Origin: Leucoraja ocellata | Taxonomy: Eukaryota | NCBI GenBank assembly: GCA_036785375.1 | Contig: JAWMAR010000175.1 | Span: 2,914,001 to 2,978,000 of the forward strand | Length of the DNA: 64,000 nt | Reading direction: 5' to 3' | Shown here: in pieces, positions 49,815-62,648 of the stretch | Layout of the letters: each line of letters opens with the position of its first letter | Numbering within the stretch: the first letter of the stretch is position 1 | Position numbers and translations under genes: made by a program | Notes under the pieces: generated by a model | The model's input: only the letters and a program-made list of their open reading frames with translations | What the model was told of the DNA's origin: nothing | Database searches by the model: none

Positions 49815-51420
49815 AAATGGCAGATGGAATCTAATTCGAACAAGTGTGAGGTGGGGCACTTTGGGAGGTTGAATGAAAGGGGAAACTGTACAGTTAATGG
49901 TAAAACCCTAAACAGCATTGATGTACAGAGAGATCTAAGTCAAAGATAGACAGAACCAGCATCTGCAGTTCCTTCCTACGCTTGTGGTCTAAGTACATAG
50001 CTTGATGAAAGTGGTGAAGAAAACGTAACGTGTGCTTGCTTTCATAGGTCAGGGCATTGAATATATGAGGCAGGAATCTTGCTGCAGCTTTATAGGTCTT
50101 TGGTTACTCTACATTTGGAGAATTGGGCAGTTCAGGTCTCCCCATACAGGAAGGATGTGGAGGCTTTGGACAGGGTGCAGAAGAGGTTCACCAGAATGCT
50201 GCCTAGATTAGAGGATAGTAGCTCTAGAGAGAGGTTGGATGAACATGGATTGTTTGCCATGGAGTGTCATAGGCTGAGGGAAGAACTGATAGAAGTAGAT
50301 ATAGTTGTGAGTGGCATTGATAGGCGAGACAGTCAGAATCTTTTTGCCAGGATGGAAATCAAAGATCCTATAGCGAGGAAGATAGATCACTCGACGAAAC
50401 AGACGTGGTACGGTCATGGGCAAATTCATGGGTAATTTTCGGCCCCATTTCCGTAACCGGCTTCCGTCTCCGCACCAAAGATCCCGTAGCGGAGCAAAGA
50501 TACTAGTACAGAGACGGAAGCCGGTTACGGAAACATCCTCGTAAAAATCAAAGACCTTTGGTAAAAAACTTCTCCTCATTTTCTTTGTGCCTCTCTGCCT
50601 CACAATAAAAAGCAAAAAGATGCCTATGTTCCTTCCACAGCGTGTGGAGAGTCTGGCCCAGATCAGCACGGCTGGGACGCCAGGGTAAAGTTGCGGAGAG
50701 GTTTACAATGTATTTTTATGTAATGTTGTCCCTTGTCTGGGTCTTGTGTCCGAAATAAAGTTTACCATTATATATAAAAATCTGGAGAAATATATATGTG
50801 TGTGTTATATGATTATATACATCTATATCACATTCATATATGTGTCTTTCCTACACAATCTAATCAGTTGTATGGTCGCTGAATAAAACACAGCCCGTGA
50901 GCCATTTAAAAATATATTTTTTTAAAACATTAAAATTAATAACATTTTAAAAAAAACATTAAAAAATGAAAATTAACAGAATTACAATTTATTAACACAA
51001 ACTGTTCCCCCGCAACGTTGATTGCACTGCGAGAGGGATCTACAAAGTCAGGTCGGGTTACTGTAATGGCCCATTTTCCGCTCCGTTGCGTACTACACAT
51101 CAGCCCATTGGATTTAGCAGGAGTGGAATATCTTGCTCGTTATAGGATCTTTGATGGAAATGTCAAGCCTTAGCTTTAAAATAAGAGGGTAAACTTTAAA
51201 TAAAGTGTGCGGAACAAGTTTTTTTGACATGGAGTGGTGAGTGCCTGGGATGTGCTGCCAGGGGTGGTGGTGGAGGCAGATATGTTAGTGGCATTTGAGG
51301 CTTTTACACAGGCAGGCAGATATGGATCATGTGCAGCAGAGGAGATTAGTTAAACTTGGCATCGTAATTGGCATGGACATTGTTGGACCTGTTCCTTTAT
51401 TGTACTGTTCTATTTTCTAA
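49815..51420 (+). mobile_element. Old CR1 fragment interrupted by a DNA transposon
   Basis: LQLYRSLV..RKDVEALDRVQKRFTRMLP; sequence resumes after 51161. Confidence 0.75.
50360..51153. mobile_element. Non-autonomous DNA transposon (CA...TG, ~33-bp imperfect TIRs, 8-bp TSD; P- or hAT-type)
   Basis: CAAAGATCCTATAGCGAGGAAGATAGATCACTC ... GAGTGGAATATCTTGCTCGTTATAGGATCTTTG; ATGGAAAT at 50352-50359 and 51154-51161. Confidence 0.85.
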
Positions 51421-51767
51421 AAACATATGTTAAAATTGAAGCCACTGTTGAAGCAAGGTGTGGATTGAGTGAGGATACAACTAGCAGAACACGGGTTTAA
51501 TGTGGGTAGTACATGTTGAAGAAGACCACCCTCGCTTCTCTCCTACCTGATAGATGTCATTCCCTCCTTTGGCTCTTCGTTTCTGTGGGGTATTGAAATA
51601 TGCAAGTTAATTTATTTCTACAATACATGTTAATCAGGTACGCATCTCTGGAAAATGCAGCCAGTTCATCTGATTTTTATTCCTATGCAGCACCTTGTTT
51701 GACATGGACATATCAGAATGTCACGGTTCCTGCAACATCCACTTTGAGCTGCTTTGTTGGGATCTTT

Positions 51768-52410
51768 ACATAGAAATTAGGTGCAGGAGTAGGCCACTCG
51801 GCCCTTCGAGCCTGCACCGCCATTCAATATGATCATGGCTGATCATCCAACTCAGTATCCCGTACCTGCCTTCTCTCCATACCCCCTGATCCCCTTAGCC
51901 ACAAGGGCCACATCTAACTCCCTCTTAAATATAGCCAATGAACTGGCCTCAACTACCTTCTGTGGCAGAGAGTTCCAGAGATTCACCACTCTGTGTGAAA
52001 AAAGTTCTTCTCATCTCGGTTTTAAAGGATTTCCCCCTTATCCTTAAGCTGTGACCCCTTGTCCTGGACTTCCCCAACATCGGGAGCAATCTTCCTGCAT
52101 CTAGCCTGTCCAACCCCTTAAGAATTTTGTAAGTTTCTATAAGATCCCCTCTCAATCTCCTAAATTCTAGAGAGTATAAACCAAGTCGATCCAGTCTTTC
52201 TTCATAAGACAGTCCTGACATCCCAGGAATCAGTCTGGTGAACCGTCTCTGCACTCCCTCTAAGGCAATAATGTCCTTCCTCAGATTTGGAGACCAAAAC
52301 TGTACGCAATACTCCAGGTGTGGTCTCACCAAGACCCTGTACAACTGCAGTAGAACCTCCCTGCTCCTATACTCAAATCCTTTTGCAATGAAAGCTAACA
52401 TACCATTCGC
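51768..52410 (-). mobile_element. Young CR1 3' fragment
   Basis: ANGMLAFIAKGFEYRSREVLLQLYRVLVRPHLEYCVQFWSP...; near-identical to 47560-48030. Confidence 0.92.
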
Positions 52411-52627
52411 ATCTTTAGACAGCTGCAATATTAACAGTGGATGCACATATCTCCATGGGAAATGAGCTGTGTGATATTACAGACTAGTTATGAAGTACAA
52501 TATTCATCCATCTGATAAAATGGCTTTTATTTATTTATTTTGTTACTCCCCAAAGCTTCAGATTTATGCCCTTTGTGGACATTCAGTTTGCTTAGTTCAT
52601 ACAGGGTGTGAAAAAGATACATCTTCT

Positions 52628-52775
52628 AGATGCGCTGGGACGCATCCTCGGTGATGTGACCTGGGGTCATCGGGTGTTTCGGGTCTCACAACATCAGATA
52701 CCCTCGCCCAGCCGGGGTTGACCAGGCCCTGACTTGTGTCCCAGCAGCAACCACCCACGGATCAGCCATCTTAAT
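52628..52775 (-). mobile_element. Probable 3' end of a Hero/R2-group non-LTR element
   Basis: Minus strand ...ctgggacacaagtcagggcctggtcaaccccggctgggcgagggtatctgatgttgtgagacccgaaacacccgatgaccccagg... resembles fish Hero 3' UTRs (from recall). Confidence 0.45.
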
Positions 52776-53278
52776 AACCACCCTGCAGGGGTTGGGAGAC
52801 TCTAGTGCGTAGAGGGACTGGGCTCTGTGCGGGGTGAGAGTCCTGGCCGGGCTCTTCCTGCCTCACCAGGTTCAAGGCCTGTGTGCTGCACCTCTTTCTC
52901 CTTCCCCGACCATTTCATTATTTGACCTGATCTCTACAGCCAGAATCAATGACATTTGTAGCTATTTATTTACAGGAAGTTATAATAATTGACTGCTGAA
53001 TCGGGTCATGTTCACCGTACCTGTTGGGTTGGTTTCAGTTCACCATAAGCTTCATTTCTTGTCTTGGCATTCAGTTTCTGTAAACAAAGTCAAATTTACC
53101 GTGAGTAAAAATACATTTAATTTACAGCAAAAAGAAAGAGCTGGAGCATCTGCGAAGGGAATGGACTGAAAACGTGTTTAATTGGCAGCCTTTATTAAGC
53201 TGATGATTTAGATTATTTTATCTGCCAGTGCTGCTATGCGACCAAAACAACAAGAGAACTGAACAAGAAGCATAAGCT

Positions 53279-53459
53279 ACACAAAAAAGCTGGAGAAACT
53301 CAGCGGGTGCAGCAGCATCTATGGAGCGAAGGAAATAGGCAACGTTTCGGCACGAAACGTTGCCTATTTCCTTCGCTCCATAGATGCTGCTGCACCCGCT
53401 GAGTTTCTCCAGCTTTTTTGTGTAACCTTCGATTCTCCAGCATCTGCAGTTCCCTCTTA
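53279..53459. mobile_element. Palindromic Penelope pLTR insertion (72-bp perfect arms, 3-nt loop, 35-nt tail, 17-bp TSD)
   Basis: Arms at 53278-53349 and 53353-53424; AACAAGAAGCATAAGCT at 53262-53278 and 53460-53476. Confidence 0.9.
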
Positions 53460-53957
53460 AACAAGAAGCATAAGCTTGTTTGTTCTGCAAAATTTAATTC
53501 ATTCTGCTCAGTATCTGTCTTAAAATGTTTTTTTCCTAAAATCGGTACTTTTTAGTATGCCACTAGACTAAAACCTGGAATCTCATTATAGCAAGATTAC
53601 TAATGTTAGGATTTACAGGACAATGTTCTTACTGCGCACATGTTTTGTGATGGGGAGAACAATTCATTAAAATGTAATTTTGCCTCAGATTTTCCCCGTC
53701 TCACCATCCGAAGATGGTTTGCAAACCCTGGCAAGAAGTTTCTATTCATTCATTCACCAACGCACGCTCTTCAGCCCCGCACTCAGTAGACCCTTTGCCA
53801 ACAGGCACAAGAACTGCTTCCTACATTGATGTGAATTCTGTTTATCTAGAGGCACAATAGACACCACGTTTACTCTGCAGCAACTTCCAACAGAAAGGTT
53901 GGTAGTAGCAGCAACAACCAATGCGCCTTTTAAAATCCACAAACTCCTCTTATTAAT

Positions 53958-54157
53958 GATATGATATGATATGCCATTTATTGTCACTATACATGTACAG
54001 TGAAATTGAAAGCTGCTCGTACTCAGTGCATACATATAATTTAGTACAAAAAACAAGAAAACAGAAAAACAAAAAACAAGGGAGAAAGGGGAGGGGGGGG
54101 GGATAGGTGCACAATTCTGCGGCGCTATATACATATATACAGATGGAAGTCCGGGTT
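53958..54157 (-). mobile_element. Short non-LTR 3' tail element with (ATATC)n end
   Basis: Minus strand ..tgtacatgtatagtgacaataaatggcatatcatatc, similar to Rex-type tails. Confidence 0.45.
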
Positions 54158-55735
54158 AAGAATCCTACAATTTGGCCTAAAAACTTCAAACAAAATTGAA
54201 TGCAGACTGGGTCCAAGGAAGGTTAGTGTATTTATCCAACATTTTCATCAGAGTTTCCAAATAATACACTTCACCTCGATAGGTTTCTTTGCATTAGGGC
54301 TAATCTATTGAATAAATTATGAAACTGTTCCACCTACTTCAAATCCACTTCAAAACCATGGTCACTCCAGCCTTATTACTGTGATGAGCAAAGCATACAA
54401 TCCCAGGGCACCTCAAAGTAATCATTGACGTGTTCAATACAAACTAACAGTCAGCTTCCCCAAGTAGCAAGTGTCTCTAAACTTGGAAACCATTTTGTGA
54501 TCTCCAGAGCCCGCCCTCGTTGAAGGCAAGTGTCAGTGATCAAATGTACCTTTTGTTTCTCTGTACCAGCACTCAATTTGGCGGTCCTGAAGGAAAGTAT
54601 TGGAGGATCAGATCTCAAACACATTTCCAAGCTTGTGGTGTCCCATACAGGTAGTGTTTTTCCACCAACGCCTGTATGGTTACCCCATGCACGACTTTAG
54701 GCAGACACCTCAAAGTATTGGAGGTAACATCGCTGCTATTGTAGTCAAGTCCACTGTCAGGATGTGTGAACCAATGTGTGGCATTGAGGCTGTAATACCT
54801 AAGGCACATTCCCTGAACCGGACTCCCAAACGAGGCACAGTGAGTTCCAACATAGCAAGCGATTACCAAGAGGACAGAAGTGATCCAAAGATGTTCTGAA
54901 AGCCTTCTTGAAAACCTGTGACATTCTCACCCGCTAATGGCAATCCCTGGCCAACAATTAGATTGGCGGAGGAGTGCACCACCTCACCTGCTCCATCCAG
55001 TACCTCCTTGTCTGCCGATCCCAAACTCATCTCACCAGCCATCCCATACCTGGAGTGGAAGCAAGTCTTCCTTCAAGCAGAGGGGCTGCGGAACAAGATA
55101 ACACGTCCTCACACTAACTAGAGAGTAGTCCTGTCATCCCATCTACCTCAAACTATCTCTAATCAGACTTTGTCGGACTTTAACTTGTAATAAGTGTTAT
55201 ATCCTTCATTGTGGATGACTTTTGTAATCACTATCTCTGTACAAGTGACAATGATAGACAAAACTAATTTCCACATTTCCTGCTTGTTTCTGGAGAAGGC
55301 CGCAGAAGTTCCCTATGTTGAATAGTCTTGTCTAACCCACAGAAGAGTCATGTGGCAGGAAGAGATTCTGTATTAGAATACATACATACCACACAGCTAT
55401 TGGTCAAATTGCAAGCACACAGTTGGGGTTGGGTGGTAAATCCATCTCCTGCTGTTGGAGTCTGTTACCACTCAGAACAAGACCAGTAATTCCAAGTTGA
55501 TCGCGGTTTCACAGCACACGACTCTCCTGCACTGCATGCTCAGTACATCGTTTGGGATCTACCTGGCCCAAACTCTTAATTTTCCCCTCCCTTCAACCAA
55601 TATTAACGACCAAAGCACTCTTTGCTTCCAAAAAGACCTGGAGTTTAAGCCATACTTACAGAATAGGTGTCACTGGAGGCAGCAGCAGCATTCATCCTTT
55701 CATTCTGAAAGAGAGCAAAACACGAAGGTGATGAT

Positions 55736-57124
55736 TGAAGAAAAACACAAAAAGCTGGAGTAACTCAGCGGGACAGGCAGCATCTCCGGAGAGATGGAAT
55801 GGGTGACGTTTAAGGTCGAGACCCTTCTTCAGACTGGTTAGGGAAAAGTGAAACGAGAAATATTGACAATGATGTAGAGAGATAAAGAACAATGAATGAA
55901 AGATATTCAAAAAAGTAACGAATGTAAAGGAAACTGGCCATTGTTAGTTGTTTGTTGGGTGATAACAAGAAGCTGGTGCGACTTGGGTGGGGGAGGGATG
56001 GAGAGAGGGAATGCTGGGGCTACCTGAAGTGAGATAAATCAATATTCATACCACTGGGCTGTAAGCTGCCCAAGCGAAATATGAGATGCGGTTCCTCCAA
56101 TTTGTGTTTAGCCTCACTCTAACAATGGAGGAGACTGAGGACAGAAAGGTCTGTGTAGGAATGGGAAGGAGAATTAAAGTGTCTGGCAACTGGGAGATCA
56201 GGTTGGTTCAGGCGGGCTGAGCAAAGGTGTGCAGCGAAACGATCGCCCAGTCTACGTTTGGTCTCGCCGATGTACAAGAGTCCACATCTTGAACAACGGA
56301 TACAGTAGATGAGGTTGGAGGAGATGCAAGTGAACCTCTGCCTAACCTGAAAGGACTGTCGGGGTCCCTGGACAGAGTCGAGGGAGGAGGTGGTAGTGAC
56401 AGGTGTTGCATCTTCTGCTGTTGCAGGGGAAGGTACCTGGGGAGGGGGTCGTATGGGTGGGAAGGGATGAGTTAACCAGGGAGTTGCGGAGGGAACGGTC
56501 TCTGTGGAAGGTGGAAAGGGGTGGAGATGGGAAAATGTGGCCTGTGGTGAGATCCCGTTGGAGGTGGCAGAGAGTTTGTAGGATCATGTGTTGTATGCGA
56601 TGGCTAATGGGGTAACTACTAGGGGACTCTGTCTCTGTTCCAACTAGGGGGAGAGTGAGCAAGGGCGGAACTGCGGGGTACTGAGGAGACACGAGTGAGG
56701 GCCTCATCTATGATGGGAGAGGGGAATGAGGACATCTCGGATGTCCTAGTATGGAACATCTTATCTTGAGCGCAGATGCGGCGTAGACGGAGGAATTGGG
56801 AGTTGGGGATATAATCTTTACAGGAAGCAGGGCGGGAAGAAGTGTAGTTGAGATAGTTGTGGGACTCAGTGGGTTTGTAATAGACATCAGTCAATAGTCT
56901 GTTTCTTGTGATGGAGACTGAGATCAAGAAAGGGGAGGGAGGTGTCGGAGATGGTCCAAGTAAATTTGAGCACAGAGGATGAAGATTGGTGGTGAACTTG
57001 ATGAAGTCCATGAGTTCTGCCTGGGTGCAGGAGGTATCACCGATGCAGTCATCAATGTAACGGAGATAGAGTTCGGGGATAGGGTCAGTGTACACCTGGA
57101 ACAGGGATTGTTCAACGTACCCAC
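55736..57124 (-). mobile_element. Penelope-like retroelement (RT + Cys-rich linker + GIY-YIG endonuclease + 3' pLTR), 5'-truncated and degenerate
   Basis: GYVEQSLF..LYLRYIDDC; VYYKPTESHNYLNYTS..IPNSQFLRLRRIC; GTFPCNSRRCNTC; LIYCIRCSRCGLLYIGETKRRLGDRFAAH; HLIFRLGSLQPSGMNI; pLTR with hammerhead-like core at 55805-55832. Confidence 0.93.
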
Positions 57125-57519
57125 TGAAGCCACACTGTTATTTGTATCAGCAAATTTAGACAGGCCTGTGATCAAAATGTTTCTCAGGTGAACAGCTCCC
57201 AGCCTGAACCTTTTCAATGGGTTAGCTCCAGCTCATAGACATCTCCAGGTCCCAGCACTCGGACCTGCATGGTTGTAATTGCTTGTCAACTTATGCCACG
57301 GGTAAAGCAGCTGAAGGTGGTCACACGGCATGTTTCAAATCAACTCTGCAGGGGCTGCCAGCCATCATCTGCAAGTGTACGGTTGTGGCACAGCTAGTGG
57401 GGAAGTCAGGACACCTCGTGCCAGCGTTTACTGCTGGGGAGAGCAGCTTCATATTCCTGTCCAGTGATGTCTCTAGGCCCAGCATGTGAACATGATGAAG
57501 GCACGCCAGCATGTCAACA

Positions 57520-58090
57520 CCAAGAAATGATTTGGCATGTCACCGAATACTTTAACAAACCTCTACAGATGCACTGTAGAAAGTATCTTGGCTGGCTGCA
57601 TCATGGCCTATTATGGGCAACTCCAACACACGGGAACACAAGACATTGCGGAGAGGGGTGGACTCAGCCCTCCCCACCGTCAAAATCAGCTGCCTCAGGA
57701 AGGCGGCATCTATCATGAAGGACCCCCATCATCCATGCCGTGCCCTCTCCTCGCTGCTACCGTAGGGCAGGATGTACAGATGCCTGAAGTCCCAGTCCAC
57801 CGGGTTCAGGAACCATCAACCATCCAGCAACCATCGGGCTCTTGAACCCACCCGCACTAACCTAATCCTACCCCAGGACAAGAACACTGCGGACCATCTC
57901 CTGCACCCCCATGGACTCACTTCTAATTGTGTTTTTGCACCACTGTCTTGCTTTTGCAGTTTTTTTTCACGTTTAGTATCATTTATGTTTGTGCGCTGTC
58001 TAAGTCCACGTGCGTGTGATGCTGCTGCAAGCAAGACTTTCACCGTACTTGTACCTCACTGTGCTTGCATGTATGACTACAAACTGGGCT
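57520..58090 (+). mobile_element. Old Rex1/Babar 3' fragment
   Basis: TLTNLYRCTVESILAGCIMAYYG. Confidence 0.7.
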
Positions 58091-59374
58091 TCACTCACTG
58101 CCACTGACTCTAGCAGTTTCTGTAAGCAGCCACTGGGAGGAACTCCAGGGTAAGTTTCAAAACCCATTACCACAGCAGCCAAACATATGATGTTACGTTA
58201 GTGGAAACGCCCAGGCACTTGGCGAGGCCCAACATGAGTGTAATGAGTGTACATTACCTAATGTAATATTTAATTTTCTTTCATTTTAATTGAAAGAAAA
58301 GTCTCCATGTGGCATTATTTACCTTGTCGATGTAGACCTCAGTAAATCAGTGAACATGCTGCAAAACAGCACATGGTATTCAGACATTGTTGCTCAGAGA
58401 TGTGCAGGTTGCCTGACGTACGGTGATATTCATACTTTTTGTGTTTAAATATCTGTGTCAATATTAAAAACTATATCCACACTGACCTATTCAAGGTTTT
58501 AAGTGTAAAATTTAAATTTCGTTGTACATGGTTCATGTTACAATGACAATAAAGAAACTATTCTATTCTATTCTAAAAAGAATGAACCATCATTCTTCCA
58601 GCATCTTCCCGCAGCAAGACAGTTAAGGTTCGATTGTGTTTCAGAATATCACCTCCAATTCTTCTGCGTCCGAGTAAACAGATGAAGCTGCAAAATCTTT
58701 CCTCACAAGAGAGCCCGTCCCAGGATCAATCTAGTAAACCCACTCTGCTGCGAAGGCAGGCGGAAATAATTGCAACATCTGCAAGATTTTGACTTCGCAA
58801 TACTCTATAAGTGTGGCTTAAAATCCTGCATATTGGCACCAAAGCTTTTTGATTTTGTATTCCATCTTACTTGCAGTAAAGGCGAGAAAGATCTTTACAC
58901 AAGTAAAACACTGCAGCTGATGGAAATATTTAGCAGCTCAGAAAACGTATAGAATCATACGACAAGGATACAGGCCCTACAGCTAGTCTCATTTGCACTT
59001 ATGCCTCTAAACTTTTCCTATCCATGTCTCTGTCCAAGTGGCTTTTCAATGGTGATATTATAGCTGCCTCAACTACTTCCTGTGGCAGCTCATTTTTTAT
59101 ACTCCACCTCTCTCCATGTGATAAAGATCACCCCTCAGATTCACATTAAATCTTGCACCTCTCATTTTAAATGTATGTTCTCTGTTTTTGATCTTCCCTT
59201 CCCCCATCTCCCTGTCCCCCCACCTCTCCTCACTAGTTTCTCAACAAATCCTGCCCTCCTTTATTCAACGTCCATTCTCTGTTTCAATCACCCATTGACC
59301 GGCAGCACATCATACCCACACCCATGGATCCCGGTTCCCTTGGTTTTGTCTGCCTGGAATCCTCCATAACACTG

Positions 59375-60020
59375 ACATAGAAAATAGGTGCAGGAGGAGG
59401 CCATTTAGCCCTTTGATCCAGCACCGCCATTCATTGTGATCATGGCTGATCATCCCCCATCAATAACCTGTGCCTGCCTTCTCCCCATATCCCTCGACTC
59501 TACTAGCCCCTAGAGCTCTATCTAATTTCTCTTAAATCCATCCAGTGATTTGGCCTCCACTGCCCTCTGTGGCAGGGAATTCCACAAATTCACAACTCTC
59601 TGGGTGAAAAAGTTTTTCCTCACCTCAGTCTTAAATGACCTCCCCTTTATTCTAAGACTGTGGCCCCTGGTTCTGGACTCGCCCAACATTGGGAACATTT
59701 TTCCCGCATCTAGCCTGTCCAGTCCTTTTATAATTTTATAATTTTCTATAAGACATAGGAGCAGAATTAGGCTGATCTATTCTTCATTCTTAACCCCACT
59801 TCTACCCGTAACGTTTGACGCACTTACTAATCAAGAACCAACCAATCTCTAGTTTAAAATACTGAAATACATGGCCTCCACTGCCATCTGTGGCAGTGAA
59901 TTCACAGATTCACCACCCTCTGGCTAAAGATAATCCTCCTTATCTCCGATCTAAAGGTACGTCCTTTTATTCTGAGGCCGCGCCCTCTGTTCCTAGACTC
60001 TCCCACTGGTGGAAACATAC
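59375..60020 (-). mobile_element. Two tandem CR1 3' fragments (59375-59735 and ~59745-60020)
   Basis: Reverse complement of CR1 3' ends. Confidence 0.85.
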
Positions 60021-60387
60021 AACTCCCCTGGGCCCTCGGCCCGCTTTGGATTAAGCTCCTGTTACAGAATTTATATTCTGTGTCTTTCTTTGGAAAGCGT
60101 TATTCCTTCGTGGAAGAAAAGTGAAACCTTACCCGCCTGCCTCCAGTTGCTGCTTCAGTGTCCTGCTGTCGTTTGTTAAACCTGAGATCTGAATAGGTTT
60201 CTTGACTCTTCTTCTGCAGGGCCTGTAAAGATTAGAAGCTTCTGTTATTTTCAGATACTATAATAATTGGATCAATCTATCTTCTCTTACTTTAGGCAGT
60301 TAAACTCTGACAATGTGCTCCGATCCAAGCGGTTCGGTATCTAACTCATTCGTTCCCACGCTCCCTTTAAAATTACACAACGCCATT

Positions 60388-61175
60388 GTGTACAGTTTTT
60401 GGTCTCCTAATTTGAGGAAGGACATCCTTGTGATTGAGGCAGTGCAGCGTAGGTCACGAGATTGATCCCCGGGATGGCAGGACTGTCATATGAGGAAAGT
60501 TTGAAAAAGACCTAGGCTTGTATTCACTGGAGTTTAGAAGGATGAGGGGGGATATTACAGAAACATATAAAATTATAAAAGGATGGACAAGCTAGATGCA
60601 GGAAAAATGTTCCCAATGTTGGGGCGAGTCCAGAACCAGGGGTCACAATCTTAGAATAAAGGGGAGGCCATTTAAGACTGAGGTGAGAAAAAACTTTTTC
60701 ACACAGAGAGTTGTGAATTTGTGGAATTCCCTGCCACAGAGGGCAGTGGAGGCCAAGTCACTGGATGGATTTAAGAGAGAGTTAGGTAGAGTTCTAGGGG
60801 TAAGTGGAATCAAGGGGATATAAGGGATATGGGGAGAAGGCAGGCACGGGTTATTGATTTTGGACGATCAGCCATAATTACAATGAATTGCCGGTTGTTG
60901 CCTCGAAGGGCCGAATGGCCTCTTCCTGCAACTCGGACTGGCTGCGGAGGCCACAATAGGCCCGACTATGGGTTAACAGGGGATGGGACTGGACTTTGCT
61001 GCCTTCGCCCACAGTGGGAACCATTGTGGGGGGATGTTTTTATGTTGTTAAATTCTCTAATGTTGTGCCTTATCTTTATTTGGGTGCTGCATTGGGCAAG
61101 TCAAACTTCACTACACCATTTGGTGTATGTGATAATAAATGTCCTTTGTATCCTATTGTCTATGTTTCTATGTTT
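60388..61175 (+). mobile_element. CR1 3' fragment with a ~225-bp short element inserted just before its tail (~60931-61152)
   Basis: CR1 runs to cctcttcctgca; its tail ctattgtctatgtttctatg resumes at ~61153. Confidence 0.8.
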
Positions 61176-61945
61176 CCCGCACCCCCTTTAAAGTCACCTG
61201 GTTCATTATATCGCCCTGCAATGCCTTTTTAAAAGGTGAATTAAATATTTTTGGTGGGTTAATAGGAGCAATGTGGAATACTCCAGACTGTCCGGTTCCC
61301 CAGGATAACACCTTACCTCGTATGGTCCTTCCGTGTTTGGTTGGTTTGCAGCAGTATCTTCTAACTTGCTTTTTGCCTTGGTCAGCTTTTGAAATCAAAA
61401 TGAAAAAAGTTTTGCAGGTTTTCAATTCTATGCCAGAAATGAATATATTTGTAACCACTCCCGTCCATGCCCATTCACCCCAGCCTTTCCCCACACCAAG
61501 CTCATCGCCCCCACACTTCCCCGACCCCTCTCACTGTGGCTGCCACAACCACACTCCCATCTCAACCACCCACTCTTCTTTCCACCCAACCCCTTGACAC
61601 CCACCTCCTCTCACTGCGAGGAATCTAATTCTCGCCCAGGCACCCCTGTTTGTTCTGCAACTCACGGTCCCTCATATTCTCTCCTGTCCCACACCAGCCC
61701 CACTCAACCATTTCCCACCCACCATCCAAGTCCTGCCGCCCTCCTCATTCCCCCTTAATATCCCTCGTGTACTACCTCTCACTCCTTCTGCTCACGCAGA
61801 CTGTACTCACCCCAATAACCTCCCTCTCCCCTCCTCCACTCCACAACCCATAGCTGTACGACTGCACCATGCCCAAAGTAGGCACTCCCCACAGAAACCC
61901 TTTCAGAGCTACAGTGTCCAATGGCACCTGGTGTTGGCAGGCTTG

Positions 61946-62235
61946 GTTTAGTTTAGAAAGACAACATGGAAACAGGCCATTCGGCCCACGAGTCCACACT
62001 GACCAGCGATTCCCTGTACACGCGTACTATCCTACACGCTAGGGACAATTTACAATCTTTACCAAAGCCAATTAGCCTACAAACCTGTAGGTCTGGAGTG
62101 TGGGAGGGGGGGAAATAGAAAACCCACGCAGGTCACAGGGAGAACGTACAAACTCCGTACAGACAGCACCCGTGGTCAGGATCAAACCCGGGTCGCTGGT
62201 ACTGTGAGGTCCCAACTCTGCCACTGTGGCTGCCC
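61946..62235 (-). mobile_element. HE1-like V-SINE
   Basis: Same family as 17122 and 26200. Confidence 0.8.
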
Positions 62236-62519
62236 AAATTTATAGCATTTCATAGAGTCATTTCAGCCATGGTCTTGGTTAACCGGGGCAAGTGTTGGAT
62301 ATGGGAAGGTTCTTTAGGTAGGAATTGCAGAGTCAGGCAAGCGCCACATATCCATGACTCTCCAGAATGATATTTGCACGCATGTTGGTTTAGAATCCAT
62401 AATTGGAGAACCCCCTACACACTCTGACATTTTGGAGAGAATACATTCATACAACAGATGACACAAAATGTTGCACAAATGACCTCGTGTATGTCTTTTA
62501 ACGACAACATTTTTTTTTT

Positions 62520-62648
62520 GTGGAAAGAAGGAACTGCAGATTTCTGGTTTAAAAAAAAGGGCACACAATGCTGAGTAACTCGGCAAGTCAGGCAGCATCT
62601 CAGGGGACCTGAATAGGTGATGTTTCGGGTCAGGACCCTTCATCAATA
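62520..62648 (-). mobile_element. Penelope pLTR copy
   Basis: Minus strand TTGATGAAGGGTCCTGACCCGAAACATC, followed by the pLTR body and tail. Confidence 0.75.

Noticed and set aside
52665-52703. Minus-strand CTGATG...GAAAC resembling a hammerhead
   Set aside because: Lacks the A of CUGANGA and a proper stem II; better explained as a LINE 3' stem-loop.
54560-54900. Moderately GC-rich, exon-like segment with 84-99 aa ORFs
   Set aside because: No recognisable homology or convincing splice pair; could be an old TE.
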